A stretch of DNA of 64,000 nt from an uncultured Oscillibacter sp. (GTDB taxonomy: Bacteria; Bacillota; Clostridia; Oscillospirales; Oscillospiraceae). Numbering within the stretch: position 1 is the first letter of the stretch; every line of letters starts with the position of its first letter. Of the stretch, positions 53,701-62,600 are shown piece by piece. A program made the translations under genes and the position numbers. The stretch spans positions 962 to 64,961 of the forward strand of contig CAJUDV010000010.1 of assembly GCA_910585385.1 (NCBI GenBank), in the 5' to 3' direction. The notes below the pieces were generated by a model. The model searched no databases. It was not told where the DNA came from and saw only the letters and a list, made by a program, of their open reading frames with translations.

Positions 53701-54807
53701 GTGACAGGATTGGACCGAAAACAGGTGAGCAAAAAGGACGAGATCATCCTCCAGCAGCTGGAGGTGATCCGCACCATGACCGAGAACAGCCTGAACCGCA
53801 TGGGCACGGATTTCTGGGGAACCCCCGCCGCGCCCAAAGAGGACGCGGCCAAAAGGGACGCGCCCAAGGCGGAGAAGCCCCATGAAAAGAACACCGCCGC
53901 CTCCACGGGAAACGACGCCACGGAGCCCCCGGCGGCGGAGGCCCCGCCGCCCCCGGAGAAGATTGAGGACCTCCAGGCGGAGCTGGAGGGCTATATCGGC
54001 CTGGCCTCCGTGAAAAAAGAGGTGAAGAACCTCATCAACATGGTGACGGTCCACAAGATGCGCAAGGAGCAGAACCTGCCCGCGGCGGACCTCTCGCTGC
54101 ACATGGTGTTCTCCGGCAACCCCGGCACCGGCAAAACCACCATCGCCCGGATGATGGCGAGAATCTACCACAGCCTTGGCATTTTGTCCCGGGGGCATTT
54201 GGTAGAGGTGGACCGCAGCGGCCTGGTGGCGGGCTACGTGGGCCAGACGGCCCTAAAGGCCAGGAAGGTTGTCGACTCCGCCCTGGGGGGCGTGCTGTTC
54301 ATCGACGAGGCCTACGCCCTCAACGGCGGAGCGGAGAACGACTTCGGCCGGGAGGCCATCGACACCATCCTCAAGGCCATGGAGGACCACCGGGACGATC
54401 TGGTGGTCATCGCGGCGGGGTATGACGATCTCATGGACCGGTTCATCCACTCCAACCCCGGTCTGGAGTCCCGGTTCAACCGCTTTCTCCACTTCGCCGA
54501 CTACACCGCCGATGAGATGATGAGGATCTTCGAGATGCAGTGTAAAAAGGGCTGCTATACGTTGGAGGCAGAGGCGGCGGGGCTGGTACGGGACTTCATC
54601 AAAGAGGAGAACACCGATCCCGTCTCCTTCGGCAACGCCCGGGGGGTGCGGAATATCTTCGAGCAGATTCTGGTGAACCAGGCCAACCGCCTGGCAGCCA
54701 TGGAGCACGTGACAAGGGAGGACCTGATGTCCATCACCCCCGCGGACGTGCAGGCGGCCCGTGGAGCGGAGGTTCCTGTCCCCGCGCCCGGGAGGCCGGA
54801 GGCGTAG
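53701..54807 (+). CDS. AAA+ ATPase, SpoVK/CbxX-like
   Basis: GLASVKKEVKNLI...MVFSGNPGTGKTTIAR (Walker A), GVLFIDEAYAL (Walker B). The likely start is TTG 53710, 8 nt after AAGGAG. Confidence 0.8.
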   Translation: MTGLDRKQVSKKDEIILQQLEVIRTMTENSLNRMGTDFWGTPAAPKEDAAKRDAPKAEKPHEKNTAASTGNDATEPPAAEAPPPPEKIEDLQAELEGYIGLASVKKEVKNLINMVTVHKMRKEQNLPAADLSLHMVFSGNPGTGKTTIARMMARIYHSLGILSRGHLVEVDRSGLVAGYVGQTALKARKVVDSALGGVLFIDEAYALNGGAENDFGREAIDTILKAMEDHRDDLVVIAAGYDDLMDRFIHSNPGLESRFNRFLHFADYTADEMMRIFEMQCKKGCYTLEAEAAGLVRDFIKEENTDPVSFGNARGVRNIFEQILVNQANRLAAMEHVTREDLMSITPADVQAARGAEVPVPAPGRPEA

Positions 54808-54852
54808 GTAAGGCAACGCTGTGTACGGCGGGAATTCCATCATAAAAAATGA

Positions 54853-54890
54853 GGCAGGGCGGACCTGAAGCAGGCCGCCCCGCCTTTCTT
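54853..54890 (+). terminator. terminator candidate
   Basis: GGCAGGGCGGACC-tgaagc-AGGCCGCCCCGCC (imperfect) then TTTCTT. Confidence 0.45.
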
Positions 54891-55166
54891 ATTCCGCGAA
54901 ACCCACCGCGGTGACTGCCAGCGCCGCGGGCACGCGCCACATCGTCAACGCGGCTGAAAAGCGGTAAGGGGGGCAAGGTGGGGCCCGCCGGCGCGTGAAA
55001 TCCGTCCGGCGTCCCCTATGAAGTCCACTGCATGACCGTTTCGCGGCCCCTGCCGGAAAGCGGCCGCCCCTCGGCGGGGATTGGCTCTTTTAGGGAGTAT
55101 TTTCCAAGCGGCAGGTTACATTTTTATTACTGTAAGAAAATTTTTTCACATCGCCGCAGAAAGTTC

Positions 55167-55195
55167 TTGTATTATTTGTCAAAGTGTGGTATGAT
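55167..55195 (+). promoter_or_regulatory. promoter candidate of the purine permease gene
   Basis: TTGTAT (55167-55172), 17 nt, TATGAT (55190-55195). Confidence 0.4.
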
Positions 55196-55263
55196 GATTC
55201 TGGAGAAACTTGTGTACTTATGCCAATCTCCGCCGCAAAATTTTGAAAGAGAGAGGGAGAGTT

Positions 55264-56688
55264 ATGGAAACCTTTTTTAAACTGAGAGAAAACGGCACCA
55301 CTGTGCGCACCGAAATTCTGGCCGGCCTGACCACCTTTATGACCATGGCGTACATCATCGCCCTGAACCCCAACCTGCTGACCGGTTTCGGCGCGGAGGG
55401 CATGGACCTCTGGAACGGCGTGTTCCTGGCCACCTGCATCGCCTCCGCCGTCGCCATGTTCTGCATGGCCTTCCTGGCCAACAAGCCCTTCGCCCTGGCC
55501 CCCGGCATGGGCCTCAACAGCTTCTTCGCCGTTGTGGCGGCCAACATCGCCGGCCTCACCGGCATGACCTATGTGGAGAGCTTCCAGGCCGCCCTGGTCA
55601 TTATCCTCATCGAGGGCATCGTCTTCATCGTCCTCTCCGTGCTGAACATCCGGGAAAAGATTGTGGACGCCATCCCCCTGGGCGTGCGGCTGGGCATCGC
55701 CCCCGCCATCGGCATCATGCTGATGAACATCGGCCTGGGCTCCAACGCCGGCGTCTACTCCGAGACCGGCGGCCCCTTCTTCGTCATGCGGGACTTTTTC
55801 GGCGCCCTGACCCCCAGCGTGGCGCAGACCTCCATGGGCTCCGGGTACAGCGCCATGATCCTTTCCGCCGTCACCATGTTCATCGGCCTCTTTGTCATCG
55901 TCATCCTTGCGAAGAAGGGCGTCAAGGCCGCGGTGCTGCTGGGAATGCTGGCGGCCTCCGTCATCCACTGGGCCGGTTCCGCCGTGTTCCTGGGGACCAA
56001 CCCCTTCGCCTCCCTGTCCACGGCGTCCTTCGTCCCCCCCTTCGCCGACATGGCCTCCACCACCCTGTTCAAGTTCAATTTCCAGGGCTTCCTGGACATC
56101 GGCTGGTTTACCGCCGTCACCCTGGTCATCACCTTCTGCATGATCGACATGTTCGACACCATCGGCACCCTGGTGGGCACCGCCTCCCGGGCCGGCATGG
56201 TGGACCGGGAGGGCAATATGCCCAACATGAAGGAGGCTCTGCTGTCTGACGCCGTGGGCACCGTGGCCGGCGCCTGCTGCGGCACCTCCACCGTCACCAC
56301 CTTCGTGGAGTCCGCCTCCGGCGTGGAGGCCGGCGGCCGCACAGGCCTCACCGCCCTGACCACCGGCGTGCTGTTCCTGGCCTGTATTTTCATCGCCCCC
56401 ATCGCCGCCGTCATTCCCCCCGCCGCCACCTCCGCCGCGCTGATCTATGTGGGCGTGCTGATGCTCATGGGCCTCAAGAATGTGGACTTCGACGACATGG
56501 ACCAGATGGTTCCCGTGGCGCTGATGCTCATCGGCATGCCCGTCTCCGGCTCCATCGGCCACGCCATCGGATTGGGCCTGATCTCCTTCACCGTCATCAA
56601 GGTGTTCAGCGGCAAGGCCAAGGACGTCTCCGTTCTCACCTATGTGATCTCCGCCCTGTTCCTGGTGAAGTTCTTCCTCATCGTGTGA
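55264..56688 (+). CDS. NCS2 family nucleobase permease (AzgA/PbuG-type, adenine/guanine/hypoxanthine)
   Basis: FFKLRENGTTVRTEILAGLTTFMTMAYIIALNP is the AzgA-type N-terminus. RBS GAGAGGGAG. Confidence 0.88.
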   Translation: METFFKLRENGTTVRTEILAGLTTFMTMAYIIALNPNLLTGFGAEGMDLWNGVFLATCIASAVAMFCMAFLANKPFALAPGMGLNSFFAVVAANIAGLTGMTYVESFQAALVIILIEGIVFIVLSVLNIREKIVDAIPLGVRLGIAPAIGIMLMNIGLGSNAGVYSETGGPFFVMRDFFGALTPSVAQTSMGSGYSAMILSAVTMFIGLFVIVILAKKGVKAAVLLGMLAASVIHWAGSAVFLGTNPFASLSTASFVPPFADMASTTLFKFNFQGFLDIGWFTAVTLVITFCMIDMFDTIGTLVGTASRAGMVDREGNMPNMKEALLSDAVGTVAGACCGTSTVTTFVESASGVEAGGRTGLTALTTGVLFLACIFIAPIAAVIPPAATSAALIYVGVLMLMGLKNVDFDDMDQMVPVALMLIGMPVSGSIGHAIGLGLISFTVIKVFSGKAKDVSVLTYVISALFLVKFFLIV

Positions 56689-56716
56689 GGAACATCCAAC
56701 GCTCTTTAAATTATCA

Positions 56717-56756
56717 AGAGGAGGACCTCCGCATGTGCGGAGGTCCTCCTCTTTCT
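56717..56756. terminator. bidirectional terminator
   Basis: AGAGGAGGACCTCCGC-atgt-GCGGAGGTCCTCCTCT, a perfect 16-bp stem, then TTCT. Confidence 0.75.
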
Positions 56757-56777
56757 ACGAAATTAAGCGCGGTTTCC

Positions 56778-58133
56778 TCAGCGGCTCAAATATGCCTCGG
56801 CACAGCTCCGAGCCTCCCGGACCGCCTTTTCCTCGTCCACGCCGGTGAGGCGGCCATCTTTGACCACAACCCTGCCGTTTACAACCGTGGCGTCCACAGG
56901 GCCCTTGAAGCCCACGGTGCCCAGCATGGATTTAACGTCCAGGTCCGCCCCCACCAGCTCCAGCCGGTCCCGGCGGATCAGGAACAGGTCCCCGGCCTTT
57001 CCGGGGGCCAGGCAGCCGATGTCCTCCCGCCCCAGAACCCGGGCGCTGCCCCGGGTGGCCATTTTCAGCAGATCGTACCCGCTGGGGGCCCGTTCGCTGG
57101 AGTGGAGCCGGTGGAGCAGGTACGCCGTCCGCAGCTCCTCCAGAAGGCTGGAGCCGTCGTTGCTGGCGCTGCCGTCCACCGCCAAGCCCACGGGCACCCC
57201 CAGCTCCAGCATCTCCGGAATCCGGCACACACCGGAGGAGAGCTTCATGTTGGAGATGGGACAGTGGGCCACGCCGGTGCCCGTGTCCGCCAGAAGCCTC
57301 AGCTCCCCGTCGTTGAAGTGGATGCCGTGGGCGTACCACACATCCGGGCCAACCCACCCCAGGTCCTCCATATAGGCCAAGGGGCGTTTGCCGTACTTTT
57401 CCAGAACATAGTGTTCCTCGTCCTTGGTCTCGCAGAGATGGGTGTGGAGCCGGACCCCCAAATCCCGAGCCAGCACCGCGGACTGCCGCAGCAGCTCCGC
57501 CGAGACGCTGAAGGGTGAGCAGGGAGCCAGGGCCACCATTCGCATGGAGTTGAAGGAAGCGTCGTGGTACTTCTCCACCGCCGCCCGGCAATCCCGCAGA
57601 ATTTCGTCCACGGTCTGGACCACGCTGTCCGGCGGCAGGCCGCCGTCCTTGCGGCTCAAATCCATGCTGCCCCGGGAGGCGTACATCCGCACCCCCAGGG
57701 CCTCCGCCGCGGCAAACTGGGCGTCCAGCAGGCTGGCGGAATTTCCGCCGGGGAAGACATAGTGGTGGTCAAAGCAGGTGGTACAGCCGGTTTTCAGCAA
57801 CTCTCCCATGCCCACGACGGAGCTGTGGTAGACGGCCTCGCTGTCCAGGTTTTTCCAAATCTCATAGAGGGCGGTGAGCCAGTCGAAGAGCTCCAGGTTC
57901 TGCACCTGGGGCAGGTTGCGGCTGAAGGTCTGGTAGAGATGGTGGTGGGTGTTGATCAGGCCGGGATAGACGATGCTCCGGCTGGCGTCCAGGGTCTCGT
58001 CCGCCGGCTGGGACTCGGGACCCATGTAGGCGATGACGCCGTCCCGGATCAGAATATTGGCGCATTTCAGCAGGTGGTCCTCATCGTCGCAGGTGACGAC
58101 GGCCCAGGCGTTTTGAATCAAAAGGCTGCTCAT
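56778..58133 (-). CDS. amidohydrolase-superfamily deaminase (8-oxoguanine deaminase/ATZ-TRZ-like)
   Basis: GLINTHHHLYQT (HxH), HTHLCETKDE, AHGIHF, CPISNMKLSSG and AVDGSASND. Confidence 0.8.
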   Translation of the reverse strand: MSSLLIQNAWAVVTCDDEDHLLKCANILIRDGVIAYMGPESQPADETLDASRSIVYPGLINTHHHLYQTFSRNLPQVQNLELFDWLTALYEIWKNLDSEAVYHSSVVGMGELLKTGCTTCFDHHYVFPGGNSASLLDAQFAAAEALGVRMYASRGSMDLSRKDGGLPPDSVVQTVDEILRDCRAAVEKYHDASFNSMRMVALAPCSPFSVSAELLRQSAVLARDLGVRLHTHLCETKDEEHYVLEKYGKRPLAYMEDLGWVGPDVWYAHGIHFNDGELRLLADTGTGVAHCPISNMKLSSGVCRIPEMLELGVPVGLAVDGSASNDGSSLLEELRTAYLLHRLHSSERAPSGYDLLKMATRGSARVLGREDIGCLAPGKAGDLFLIRRDRLELVGADLDVKSMLGTVGFKGPVDATVVNGRVVVKDGRLTGVDEEKAVREARSCAEAYLSR

Positions 58134-58589
58134 ACGGTTCTCCTTCCATATACGCGGTCTCCGCGTGAGATCATCCAGGCCGCCGGAACCTCAAACAAAA
58201 AGACCACAGGTCCCGGGCGGTGCCCAGGACTTGTAGTCAACTGTTCCGGCAGTTGGTAGAAACGCTCATCCGATCATGAGCTTATACAAGCCGATATATT
58301 GTATAGCATACATGGGGGACGCCCGCCCTGTCAAGCGGCGGCGGGAAAAATCCATGAAACAGCACATTCTGAGGGCAGAACTTGTGAAAATCCCCCAATT
58401 TTCCCTCCGCAGATCCCGGCGCCGGCGGGGACAGGGGGCAATCGGCATGATAAACTAGGGTTTTTTGCCGCTTTCCCTTCCCACATCTTCATTTTTATGG
58501 TAAACTGTTTTCAGATCCGAACATCCGCCGCCGCGTTTACGGCAGCGCAGCATCGTATAACAACAACATCTGTGAAGGAGAATCCATCC

Positions 58590-59960
58590 ATGGGTAAATA
58601 CTTTGGAACCGACGGTTTCCGCGGCAAGGCGGGAGAGGGGCTCACCGCCTACCACGCCTACGAGATCGGGCGCTTTTTGGGCTGGTACTACGGCCGGGAG
58701 GGCCGGGCCCGCGTCGTGGTGGGCAAGGACACCCGCCGCTCCAGCTACATGCTGGAGTACGCCCTCAGCGCCGGCCTCACGGCCTCCGGGGCGGACGCGT
58801 ACCTGCTCCACGTCACCACCACGCCCTCTGTGTCCTATGTGGCCCGGACGGAGGGGTTTGACTGCGGCGTGATGATCTCCGCCAGCCACAACCCCTTCTA
58901 CGACAACGGCATCAAACTGCTGAACCGGGACGGAGAAAAAATGGACGAGGCGGTTCTGGCCCTGGCGGAATCGTATCTGGACGGCTGCCTGAAGGTAAAC
59001 GGACAGCCTGTGAAATCCCTCCCCCAGGCCGCGGAGGAGACCGTGGGCGCCGTGGTGGACCACAGCGCCGGACGAAACCGGTATATCGGCTACCTGATCT
59101 CCCTGGCGGTATACTCCTTCAAGGGCAAGAAGATCGCCCTGGACTGCGCCAACGGCAGCTCCTGGGCCATCGCTCCCAGCGTGTTCCGGGCCCTGGGGGC
59201 GGATGTATGCGTCCTCAACGACCGGCCCGACGGCCTGAATATCAACCGGGACGCCGGGTCCACCCACATCGGGGGACTGCAAAAATATGTGGTGGAGCAC
59301 GGCTGTGACGCGGGCTTCGCCTACGACGGCGACGCGGACCGGTGCCTGGCCGTGGACGAGACCGGCGCCCTGGTGGACGGGGACAAGATCATGTATATCT
59401 ACGCCCGCTACATGAAGGAGCGGGGAAAACTGGTGACCAACACGGTGGTCACCACAGTGATGAGCAACTTCGGGCTGTATAAGGCCCTGGAGGAGGCGGG
59501 CATCGGTTACGCCAAAACCGCCGTAGGCGACAAATACGTCTACGAGCACATGGTCCAAAACGGCAACCGCATCGGTGGCGAGCAGTCCGGGCACATTATC
59601 TTCTCCAAGTACGCCCGCACCGGCGACGGCATTCTGACCTCTTTGAAGCTGATGGAGGTAATGCTGGCCATGAAACTGCCCCTGAGCCGTCTGGCGGAGC
59701 CGGTGACCATCTATCCCCAGGTACTGATCAACGTCCGGGTGAAGGACAAAAGGGCCGCCCAGGAGGACCCGGCGGTCCAGGACGCCGTGGCGGCCGTTGC
59801 GGCCGAGCTGGGGGACACGGGCCGCATCCTGGTGCGGGAGTCCGGCACGGAGCCCCTGGTGCGGGTGATGGTGGAGGCCGAGACCCAGGACCGCTGCCAA
59901 ACACTGGCGGAGCGGGTGGTAAAGGTCATCCGGGAGCGGGGCCACGGGGCGGAGAGCTGA
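58590..59960 (+). CDS. glmM: phosphoglucosamine mutase
   Basis: MGKYFGTDGFRGKAGE, ISASHNPFYDNGIK (phospho-Ser), FAYDGDADR, GGEQSGH. RBS GAAGGAG. Confidence 0.93.
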   Translation: MGKYFGTDGFRGKAGEGLTAYHAYEIGRFLGWYYGREGRARVVVGKDTRRSSYMLEYALSAGLTASGADAYLLHVTTTPSVSYVARTEGFDCGVMISASHNPFYDNGIKLLNRDGEKMDEAVLALAESYLDGCLKVNGQPVKSLPQAAEETVGAVVDHSAGRNRYIGYLISLAVYSFKGKKIALDCANGSSWAIAPSVFRALGADVCVLNDRPDGLNINRDAGSTHIGGLQKYVVEHGCDAGFAYDGDADRCLAVDETGALVDGDKIMYIYARYMKERGKLVTNTVVTTVMSNFGLYKALEEAGIGYAKTAVGDKYVYEHMVQNGNRIGGEQSGHIIFSKYARTGDGILTSLKLMEVMLAMKLPLSRLAEPVTIYPQVLINVRVKDKRAAQEDPAVQDAVAAVAAELGDTGRILVRESGTEPLVRVMVEAETQDRCQTLAERVVKVIRERGHGAES

Positions 59961-59991
59961 GCCGCCGCCCCTATTTCAGGAGGCGACGAAC

Positions 59992-60654
59992 ATGAAAAAA
60001 CTCTTTCAGGCAATCCGGCAGGGCAATGACGCTGCGGTCCGAGCGCTGCTGGAGAAAAAGCCGGAGCTGATCTCCTGCACCGCGAAGCAGCCGCCCAAAA
60101 AAGACGACGGCCAGTCCCCCCTCCAGGTGGCGCTGAAAACAGGCCGTCTGGAGATTGCGGAATACCTGCTGGACTTGGGAGCAGACGTCAATTTTATGGA
60201 GGCGGAGGACTGCGCCAGCGGCTGGCAGGCCCCCGTCCTCCACGACGCCATTAACGCCGCCGTCATGAACAGCCGGTGGAACGAAAACCTTCAGCCCACA
60301 GGCGGCGGAGTCAAGGTCTTCCACACCCAGGCCGAGGCGGACCGGGCCTTTCTCATTTTAAAGCGGATGCTGGACCTGGGCGCAGACATCCGCGGGGTGG
60401 ATTCCTATGGAAACACCTGCGTATGGCGGCTCTGTCTGCAAGCACGGCAGGTCCTGCCCCCGTATAATCACAGCACCTGCGCCGTGGGAAGTACCCGCAT
60501 CCTGACCCCTGAATTGAAAGAGGATCTCGCGAGAATCTTTGCTCTCCTGCGCAACCGCGGCATGGATATAGAGTGCATAAAGCCCGGAACGTCCGCAACA
60601 GTGCGTGAACTCTACAAAGATGAAACTATCGCACAGTTCCTGGTCTTTGATTAG
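59992..60654 (+). CDS. ankyrin repeat protein
   Basis: GQSPLQVALKTGRLEIAEYLLDLGADVN and further ANK-like repeats. RBS AGGAGG. The TAG stop lies inside the repeat-element terminus. Confidence 0.7.
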   Translation: MKKLFQAIRQGNDAAVRALLEKKPELISCTAKQPPKKDDGQSPLQVALKTGRLEIAEYLLDLGADVNFMEAEDCASGWQAPVLHDAINAAVMNSRWNENLQPTGGGVKVFHTQAEADRAFLILKRMLDLGADIRGVDSYGNTCVWRLCLQARQVLPPYNHSTCAVGSTRILTPELKEDLARIFALLRNRGMDIECIKPGTSATVRELYKDETIAQFLVFD

Positions 60655-60817
60655 GCCTTGTTTGAAAATTGGCGGAATGCCGGATTGGGGCGGATTTTTT
60701 TGCCAGGCAAGGCGATTTGACGCGGGAATCCTGACGGATTTCAAGTCAAATCAACGCAGTCCTGGCGGAAAAAGATGCTCCAAGACGGCATTTTGACATT
60801 TTTCAAACAAGGCCTAA
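60651..60817. repeat. full-length (167 bp) copy of the intergenic inverted-repeat (MITE/REP-like) element
   Basis: Perfect 18-bp termini TTAGGCCTTGTTTGAAAA (60651-60668) and TTTTCAAACAAGGCCTAA (60800-60817). Its arms and internal 29-mer recur at 17201-17306, 51472-51560, 26312-26376 and 12059. Confidence 0.75.
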
Positions 60818-60879
60818 GCAGTCCTCTTGTCCCCGGAGAGCGAGACGCATCCGGTACGCAGACAGCCGGCTTTGCTCCG

Positions 60880-61028
60880 TAAAAGAGGATCGCTCCAGGA
60901 AAACGAGGCTCGAACCCGCTTCCCGGCATCCCACGAATGGCCTTCGGCCATTCCTGGGAGCCCTGCCGAACCTCTGATTGAAAAGGCGCTCCGCGCCTTG
61001 GGTGGAGGCAGCGAGTTCGCCTCCTATT
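60880..61028 (-). other. hairpin-rich segment with tRNA T-arm-like duplicate (unclassified; possible tRNA remnant or small structured RNA)
   Basis: 60902-60923 matches tRNA-Gly 61080-61101 at 20/22. Tight hairpins on the minus strand: GGAGGC...GCCTCC, AAGGCGC-gga-GCGCCTT, GAATGGCC-gaa-GGCCATTC. A 7-bp closing helix CCAGGAA/TTCCTGG. Confidence 0.3.
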
Positions 61029-61029
61029 C

Positions 61030-61062
61030 AAAAAAACAGGACATCCAATTCGGATGTCCTGT
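61030..61062 (-). terminator. rho-independent terminator after tRNA-Gly
   Basis: Minus strand reads ACAGGACATCC-gaatt-GGATGTCCTGT followed by TTTTTTT. Confidence 0.75.
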
Positions 61063-61069
61063 TTCGCTC

Positions 61070-61145
61070 TGGAGCGGGCAACGAGGCTCGAACTCGCTAC
61101 CTCCACCTTGGCAAGGTGGCGCTCTACCAGATGAGCTATGCCCGC
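61070..61145 (-). tRNA. tRNA-Gly (anticodon GCC), CCA encoded
   Basis: The reverse complement GCGGGCATAGCTCATCTGGTAGAGCGCCACCTTGCCAAGGTGGAGGTAGCGAGTTCGAGCCTCGTTGCCCGCTCCA folds as a 76-nt cloverleaf. Acceptor GCGGGCA/TGCCCGC, anticodon loop TTGCCAA. Confidence 0.93.
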
Positions 61146-61181
61146 GAACAAAAAGTATTCTAGCAGATAGAATCCTCTTTG

Positions 61182-61934
61182 TCAACCCTCTAGCCCAATA
61201 TTTTCTTCATTTTCCAAAATTTCCTCCGGCGGCGCCTCCACCGCCTCTCCCTCCAGCTCCGCCTGACCGTCCACAGGCTCCTCCGGGGGTACTTCCTGAT
61301 CCAGCAAAAACTCGATCAGTCCCACCGGACCGTCCGCCGGGTAGTAGAGCACCGGCCACATAGGCCGCTCCAGCAGCCCCCGTTCCTCCCGGACCTGGGT
61401 CAGGGCCTTCTCCACCTGAGCACGGCCGTTCTCCTGGCTCCAGTAGCCCAAACGCACCGCCAGCTCCGTCCGCCCCTCCGTGAGCGCGGTATCCAGCAGG
61501 GCGTACAGCGCCTCCGGGCTGGTGGCGTTCACCACAGCCTGGATCTGCTCCAGCGTCCGGCGGTAGCTGATCTGGAGCTCCACCTCGTAATAGCCCCGCT
61601 GGGACTGGCTGGAGGAGGTGATATACTCCACGGCATAGGCCCCCATGGGGGTCTCCTGCTGGACCTCCACCGTGGCCCGCTCCAGCAGATCCGCCGCCTG
61701 GAGCTTGTTCTCCACGTTATAGAGCCGCAATGTGGCCGTCTCCGTGTGCTGGCCGATAAGAATCAGAAGGTCGTTGACGATGTCCTGGTAGTTCTCCGCC
61801 CGCAGGGTGCCGGCGGCCTCGCTCTCCCAGAACTTGCTGCTGTGGGGCTCCACGGTGCTGTACTCCCGCTCCAGCAAGGGGGTGCAGCCCGCCAGCAGGC
61901 ACAGCGCCAGCAGCAGTACGCAGCACTTTTTCAC
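61182..61934 (-). CDS. lipoprotein of unknown function with acidic C-terminal tail
   Basis: GTG 61934 after GAGGGGGGA. VKKCCVLLLALCLLAGC lipobox. C-terminus EEPVDGQAELEGEAVEAPPEEILENEE. Confidence 0.65.
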   Translation of the reverse strand: MKKCCVLLLALCLLAGCTPLLEREYSTVEPHSSKFWESEAAGTLRAENYQDIVNDLLILIGQHTETATLRLYNVENKLQAADLLERATVEVQQETPMGAYAVEYITSSSQSQRGYYEVELQISYRRTLEQIQAVVNATSPEALYALLDTALTEGRTELAVRLGYWSQENGRAQVEKALTQVREERGLLERPMWPVLYYPADGPVGLIEFLLDQEVPPEEPVDGQAELEGEAVEAPPEEILENEENIGLEG

Positions 61935-61966
61935 GGACCGGCTCCCCCCTCTCGTTTCCCTTCTGA

Positions 61967-62563
61967 TTACAGACCCAGATCCTCGTCCACCAGCAGGATC
62001 TCCGTCTCCATGCCCATCATGGGGCCCCACAGCGTCACCAGCCCCCGGCAGATGCGGTCCGGGCTCTTGCAGTCATAGCAGCGGTCGCCCTTGACGGCGC
62101 AGGGGGTCTTCTTTCCCAGCCGCTGGGCATTCTTGGGCGAGGCGATGTTCCGGGCCCGCCACAGGGCCTCCTCATAGGTGGGGGCCAGCTTGTTGCGGCC
62201 GATGACGAGATAGACCTTCTCATGGCCGAACAGCGTGGCCGCCACCCGGTTTCCATTGCCGTCGATGTTGATAATCTCCCCGGTCTCCGCAAGGCCGTTG
62301 GCGGAGGAGAGGTAGACGTCCGTGAACATCCCCTCCCGGCGGGCGGGGCCGGCATCCTGCTTCCAGTGCCACACCACGGTGTTGTGCTTTCCCAGGGCGT
62401 CGTACAGCCCCAGCTGGTCCAGCGTCATGGAGCCGCCGAAGCCCACGGACTTGCCGTCAACGGCCCCGTCCAGATAGGCGGCGGCCTCCACCCCGGAGGC
62501 GAACACCTCCACGGCATAGCCCCGGTCCTCCAGATTCTTTTTTACGGTGTCAAAGATTCCCAT
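61967..62563 (-). CDS. LUD (lactate-utilisation/YkgG-like, DUF162) domain protein
   Basis: ATG 62563 after GGGGGAG. SVGFGGSMTLDQLGLYDAL...SSANGLAETGEIINIDGNGNRV...VIGRNKL, with C-terminal CAVKGDRCYDCKSPDRIC. Confidence 0.75.
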   Translation of the reverse strand: MGIFDTVKKNLEDRGYAVEVFASGVEAAAYLDGAVDGKSVGFGGSMTLDQLGLYDALGKHNTVVWHWKQDAGPARREGMFTDVYLSSANGLAETGEIINIDGNGNRVAATLFGHEKVYLVIGRNKLAPTYEEALWRARNIASPKNAQRLGKKTPCAVKGDRCYDCKSPDRICRGLVTLWGPMMGMETEILLVDEDLGL

Positions 62564-62600
62564 GATGATACTCCCCCTAAAACTATGTAGTTTCCAAAAA

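Noticed and set aside
55100-55263. Purine riboswitch upstream of the NCS2 nucleobase permease
   Set aside because: The aptamer core (UAUAAU...GAUAUGG...GUUUCUACC...CCGUAAA) is not present. Only a promoter-like element is seen.
60880-61028. A second tRNA gene, specifically tRNA-Sec or a class-II tRNA, next to tRNA-Gly
   Set aside because: I could not fold a cloverleaf. The 7-bp acceptor-like helix encloses only ~50 nt with no anticodon arm, and there is no UCA loop in a 5-bp stem. It is kept only as an unclassified structured segment.
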